DNA of 64,000 bases, from the NCBI GenBank assembly GCA_963798485.1, contig CAWCTR010000005.1:1-64000 (forward strand), in the 5' to 3' direction. Below, piece after piece: positions 59,801 through 64,000 of this stretch; the stretch's first letter is position 1, and each line of letters begins with the position of its first letter. A program made the translations under genes and the position numbers. Below the pieces are notes generated by a model. The model saw nothing but the letters and a program-made list of their open reading frames with translations, did no database searches and was not told where the DNA came from. This DNA is from an uncultured delta proteobacterium (GTDB lineage: Bacteria; Desulfobacterota; Desulfomonilia; UBA1062).

Positions 59801-61600
59801 ATGGATGACGAACTCCTCAGATACTATGAGCAGGAACTGACCTTTGTCCGGAGGATGGGAGAGGAGTTTTCGAAGAAATATCCCAAGGTCGCGTCCCGGC
59901 TTCTGCTTGAGCCTGGCAAGTGCGACGACCCGGGCACGGAACGCCTCATCGAGGCGTTCGCCTTTATCGCCGGCAGGATCCACAAGAAGATCGACGACAA
60001 CTTTCCCGAGCTGACCGAGTCTCTTCTCAGCATAATCTATCCGCACTATACCAGGCCTGTCCCATCCATGTCCGTGGTGGAATTTCAAACCCAGAAAAAG
60101 TCCGTCCCGCCGCAGGGGTACCGGATCGACAAGGGCACCCCGCTGTATTCAAGGCCGGTCGGCGGTATACCCTGCCAGTTTACGACCTGCTATCCGGTCA
60201 CGCTCTGGCCGCTGGAGGTGGTTTCCGCAGGCCTACGCGACCCCAGGCACGGTGTCAGAAACGCCCAGCAGGCCCTTGTCCTGCAGCTGAAGACCGAAGA
60301 CGGGCTCAAACTTTCCCAGCTGGCCATAGAGGAGCTCAGGTTCTTCCTGGGCGGCCCTTCCCAGCAGATGTTCCCCCTGTATGAGGTTTTGGGCAACAAT
60401 GTATGCCAGGTGATCTATGAGTTCCGCAATCAGCAGGGAGGAATTGAGAGCCTTGCGCTGGGCCCTGAGGGCCTGGAACCGGTGGGACTCTCCCCCGAGG
60501 AGACCCTCATGTCCTACCCGGAAAGGAGCTTTCCCGGGTACGGACTGCTCTTGGAGTATTTCTGCTTCCCCGAGAAGTACCTCTTCTTCACCCTGAAAGA
60601 CCTCGATAGAGTGAGGGCAAAGGACCCCACTGATACGCTTGAAGTATGGCTGTATCTGGATAAACCTGCAAAGTCGAATATATCTCTCAGACCGGAAAAC
60701 TTCCTCATCCATACAACCCCTGCCATCAACCTGTTCAGGCGCATTGCAGAGCCGGTATGGGTGGAACATACGAAGACAGAGTATCTGGTTGTCCCGGACG
60801 CCAGGAGATCCCAGGGGACCGAGGTATACAGCGTGGACGCCGTGAGCGTGTCTTCCGAAGGCCGAGAAGAGACCCTGGAGTTCCATCCCTTCTATTCGAT
60901 TCGGCATCACCTGGAAGGTGATGAGAAAGGACAGATGGCATTCTGGCGTTCTGAAAGGAGGCCTTCTAATAGAAAGGGCGATGACGGGACCGATGTATAC
61001 ATCTCGTTTACCGACTGGGCGTTGAAGCCCGTGGACCCCGGGGTCGAGACCCTCATGCTGAACGTGACGTGCACCAACCGGGACCTGCCCGGCAGGCTGC
61101 CGTTCGGCGATGCCGAGGGCGATTTCGAGATGGAGCTTTCCGCACCCGTGGAGAAGACCCTGTGCCTGGTGAAGCCGACACCGACCCGGAGACCGGCTCT
61201 CGGGGCCGCGCTCCAGTGGAGGCTCATCTCGCATCTGGCGCTGAACTACCTCTCCATCACCGAAGGGGGAGAGGATGCCCTCAAGGAGTTGCTGAAGCTC
61301 TACGACTTTGATGATTCCCCTGCCACGAGGCAGCAGATAAACGGGCTCACCGGCCTGAAATCGGCCTATGTCACCAGGAGGATAGGGCAATCGTTCTGCC
61401 GCGGGATGCAGGTCACCCTGGAATTCGATGAGGACAAGTATGTCGGCTCCGGGCTTTACCTCTTTGCGTCGGTGCTGGAACGGTTCCTGGCCCAGTATGT
61501 CTCCATCAATTCCTTTACCCAGTTGACGGCAAAAACCCTCCAGAGGAAGGAACCGCTGCATATATGGCCACCAAGAAACGGCAACCGGATACTTCTTTAG
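59801..61600 (+). CDS. tssF: T6SS TssF
   Basis: YYEQEL, DP..ERLIEAFAF, EYFCFPEKYLF, WRLISHL.LNYLS. Confidence 0.97.
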   Translation: MDDELLRYYEQELTFVRRMGEEFSKKYPKVASRLLLEPGKCDDPGTERLIEAFAFIAGRIHKKIDDNFPELTESLLSIIYPHYTRPVPSMSVVEFQTQKKSVPPQGYRIDKGTPLYSRPVGGIPCQFTTCYPVTLWPLEVVSAGLRDPRHGVRNAQQALVLQLKTEDGLKLSQLAIEELRFFLGGPSQQMFPLYEVLGNNVCQVIYEFRNQQGGIESLALGPEGLEPVGLSPEETLMSYPERSFPGYGLLLEYFCFPEKYLFFTLKDLDRVRAKDPTDTLEVWLYLDKPAKSNISLRPENFLIHTTPAINLFRRIAEPVWVEHTKTEYLVVPDARRSQGTEVYSVDAVSVSSEGREETLEFHPFYSIRHHLEGDEKGQMAFWRSERRPSNRKGDDGTDVYISFTDWALKPVDPGVETLMLNVTCTNRDLPGRLPFGDAEGDFEMELSAPVEKTLCLVKPTPTRRPALGAALQWRLISHLALNYLSITEGGEDALKELLKLYDFDDSPATRQQINGLTGLKSAYVTRRIGQSFCRGMQVTLEFDEDKYVGSGLYLFASVLERFLAQYVSINSFTQLTAKTLQRKEPLHIWPPRNGNRILL

Positions 61601-61696
61601 CTTCCCGGCTTATTGACGGGGTTTACCGGTTTAGCTTCCCTTTTTCCCCATTCTTCATGAATCGTGAAGAACCATTCATACAAGAGGAGGATATGT

Positions 61697-62203
61697 ATGT
61701 CATACAACCTTTGGAAAGCAGATGATCCGAAAGAAATCAAAGAACAAGAATATGCAATTGCTTCGGAAATAAAGTTTGGCCACTTCACTTCCTGCCTTGG
61801 AGTGATAGGAAAAGCAGGAGGTTCTCTGTATGCTGTGCATTTGGTAAAGAGCGGAGTGCTATGGAAGGAGATGTATGGGCTAACTTTGTATAAAGGCAAA
61901 CCAGTTAAACTAGATACCTTTGATACGACCGTAGCCGCTAATGTATTATCAATATTTCCACAGGAACTCGAACAAGTAGTCGTGGTGGGGTTTATAGACG
62001 AATGGAGAAATAAAGCAGCCTTTGGCATGGCGAAAGGGAAACAGATCGATGCGGAAGCCTTCACCAGGCAGGCAGCATTTAACAAACTACTCGGAGTACT
62101 AGGTACCAGAACAAACAGCACTATTCTGGAGTACACGTGGGCTGAAGCGAACTATGCTGCCAAAATAAGCGAGGACGGTCATGATATCGAAATGCTATAT
62201 TGA
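61697..62203 (+). CDS. AT-rich hypothetical protein inserted between tssF and tssG
   Basis: GAGGAGG RBS; FTSCLGVI...YAVHLV. Confidence 0.75.
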   Translation: MSYNLWKADDPKEIKEQEYAIASEIKFGHFTSCLGVIGKAGGSLYAVHLVKSGVLWKEMYGLTLYKGKPVKLDTFDTTVAANVLSIFPQELEQVVVVGFIDEWRNKAAFGMAKGKQIDAEAFTRQAAFNKLLGVLGTRTNSTILEYTWAEANYAAKISEDGHDIEMLY

Positions 62204-62341
62204 ATGGCGTGAAATCTTTATCCTTGACAGTCCTTAGTTGACTTGATGCCTTTCCCTGATTTCACGACCTCTCATATCCAATTCGATGATAACTACTACT
62301 AATACATTACCTGCCCTCAAGAGGAAAGAGCCTCTGCACAC

Positions 62342-63370
62342 ATGACAGCCAAGAAACGACAATCGGATACTTCTTTAGTCTCCCGGCTTTTCGAGGAGTA
62401 CTTCCGGTTCTCCTTCTACCGGGCGGTCTCTCTCCTGGAGAGGCTCGTCCCGTCAAAGAAGAGGCTGGGCGAGACCCTTGACCCCCGTGAAGAGCCAGTA
62501 CGCTTTTCGGTGAAACCGGGCCTTTCCTTCCCGCCGAGCGACATCTCGAACCTGCGTCAGGATGATGCCGATGGGCCGGTTACCATGGAGGTGCGCTTCA
62601 TGGGCCTCATTGGCCCTTCGGGGGTGCTACCCCACTGGTTCAATGATCTGGCTTCGGCCCGCATGCAGGCAAAGGATTCCGCGTTCGTAGACTTTCTCGA
62701 CATATTCCACCACCGCCTTATCACGCTCTTTTACCTTGCCTGGAAGCGTTACGATTTTGCGGTCAACTACAAAAGCGGTGCGAACGACTCTCTGTCTTGG
62801 TATCTGCTGAGCCTTATCGGGCTCGGAACGGAAGGAATGAGGGGAAGGATAGGGCTTTCCGAGGAGTCACTCCTCTTCTGCAGCGGACTGCTTGCCAGGC
62901 GGGTCCCCTCGGCTTCAGCCGTGGCGGCGGCGGTGAAATATATGGCCGGGGCGGATGCAGAGGTGCACCAGTTCATCGAGCGTATGATCCCGCTGGAGCC
63001 GGCTGACTGCACCCAGCTCGGCGGCGCCAACGCGTCATTGGGGATGAGCACGATCTGCGGCAGTTATGTCAGGGAATGTCAGGCCAAGTTCCGTATCCAC
63101 CTGGGGCCCATAGGGTACTCCCAGTTTAGTCGCTTTCTGCCGGGCGGGGACCTTCTTAAGCCCATCTTCTCGCTCGTCCGCTATATGGTGGGGATCGAGT
63201 ATGAATTCGAGATCTGCATCTTCCTCAAGGCGGGGGAGGTCCCGGGATGCACCCTCGGCGCGGTAAAGGCCGATTCCCCGCGCCTTGGCTGGTCCACCTG
63301 GATGCTGGGGCGGGGTATAACCTTGAAGGAAGACCCTTATGTCACGTTTCAGGAAGCAAATGTGAACTGA
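62342..63370 (+). CDS. tssG: T6SS TssG
   Basis: FSFYRAV.LLE, FMGLIGPSGVLP, DFLDIFHHRL, LGWSTW. Confidence 0.95.
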   Translation: MTAKKRQSDTSLVSRLFEEYFRFSFYRAVSLLERLVPSKKRLGETLDPREEPVRFSVKPGLSFPPSDISNLRQDDADGPVTMEVRFMGLIGPSGVLPHWFNDLASARMQAKDSAFVDFLDIFHHRLITLFYLAWKRYDFAVNYKSGANDSLSWYLLSLIGLGTEGMRGRIGLSEESLLFCSGLLARRVPSASAVAAAVKYMAGADAEVHQFIERMIPLEPADCTQLGGANASLGMSTICGSYVRECQAKFRIHLGPIGYSQFSRFLPGGDLLKPIFSLVRYMVGIEYEFEICIFLKAGEVPGCTLGAVKADSPRLGWSTWMLGRGITLKEDPYVTFQEANVN

Positions 63371-63410
63371 TGAAAGCAATTAACATTGAACGGTTCTTAA
63401 GGAGGATGTA

Positions 63411-64000
63411 ATGCCCAAGGCAAATCTGAAATCTTTGATCGGAAAACTCAATGAGACCTGCAGAAGGGGTCTTGAATCGGCGGCGGGCTTATGCCTGTCA
63501 CAAACCCACTATGAGGTCGAGGTCGAGCATTTTCTCATCAAGCTGCTTGAGGCGCAGGACACCGACCTCCAGAAGATCCTGCGGCACTTCGAGATCAACC
63601 AGTCACGGCTGGTGACCGACCTGACCGGTGCCATGGAGGGGTTCAAGACCGGCAATTCCAGGAACCCGTCGCTCTCTCCCCGCATACCTGAGATGCTGCA
63701 GGAGGCATGGCTCCTGGCCTCGGTCGATTATCAGTCTGCGAGCATCCGGTCCGGCCACATCCTCCTTGCCCTGCTTTCAAATGATGAAATGGCGCGGATG
63801 CTTACCTCGAGTTCGAAGCTGTTCAAAAAGGTCTCCGTGGAGACGCTCAAAGATAATTTCGCCAACCTGATAAAAGGCTCAATTGAAGAGAGGGAGACCT
63901 CGCCGTCAGGCCAGGCTCAGGAGACGGGAGGGGAAGGGCCGGTGCCCAAGGGGACCAAGGCCCTGGACCAGTTCACCATAAACCTGACGGACAAGGCCCG
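63411..64000 (+). CDS. tssH: T6SS ATPase ClpV, N-terminal part (runs off the window)
   Basis: MPKANLKSLIGKLNETCRRGLESAAGLC...HYEVEVEH...ALDQFTINLTDKAR; absent from the ORF track. Confidence 0.93.
   Translation, partial: MPKANLKSLIGKLNETCRRGLESAAGLCLSQTHYEVEVEHFLIKLLEAQDTDLQKILRHFEINQSRLVTDLTGAMEGFKTGNSRNPSLSPRIPEMLQEAWLLASVDYQSASIRSGHILLALLSNDEMARMLTSSSKLFKKVSVETLKDNFANLIKGSIEERETSPSGQAQETGGEGPVPKGTKALDQFTINLTDKA

Noticed and set aside
60233-61561. 442-aa antisense ORF (and similar long antisense ORFs)
   Set aside because: Shadow of tssF and other GC-rich genes.

Overview
Bacterial chromosomal window, probably from an anaerobic deltaproteobacterium (inferred from gene content). 1-13.7 kb is a complete chromosomal integron. 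An intact intI lies on the + strand (12768-13739), with a cassette array on the - strand running off the left edge. The array has 12 full-length attC sites plus one half-site. Its cassettes include four consecutive toxin-antitoxin pairs, three SAM methyltransferases, a Cys-to-Ser DapF variant, hypotheticals and a tandemly duplicated ORF-less cassette. The most unusual object is a ~2.66 kb element (9968-12624) inserted exactly in the attI core. It encodes a tyrosine recombinase and an IS91-type (HUH/Y2) rolling-circle transposase, and ends in an attC-like hairpin holding a near-consensus promoter aimed at the cassettes. 13.9-29 kb is backbone: thiN, a PPIase, type II secretion gspF-N, a diguanylate cyclase, TonB, an Fe-S protein, TetR and an acyltransferase. 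29-44 kb holds PAS kinases, DegP, a sensory [FeFe]-hydrogenase (hfs-like) cluster preceded by a decayed Fe-S gene, and a glycosyltransferase. 44.7-64 kb is a type VI secretion operon (tssJKLM-tagF-tagJ-tssABC-hcp-tssEF-[insert]-tssG-tssH), led by two uncharacterised genes. All calls come from reading motifs by eye; no database search was run. Some single-base frameshifts may be assembly errors.
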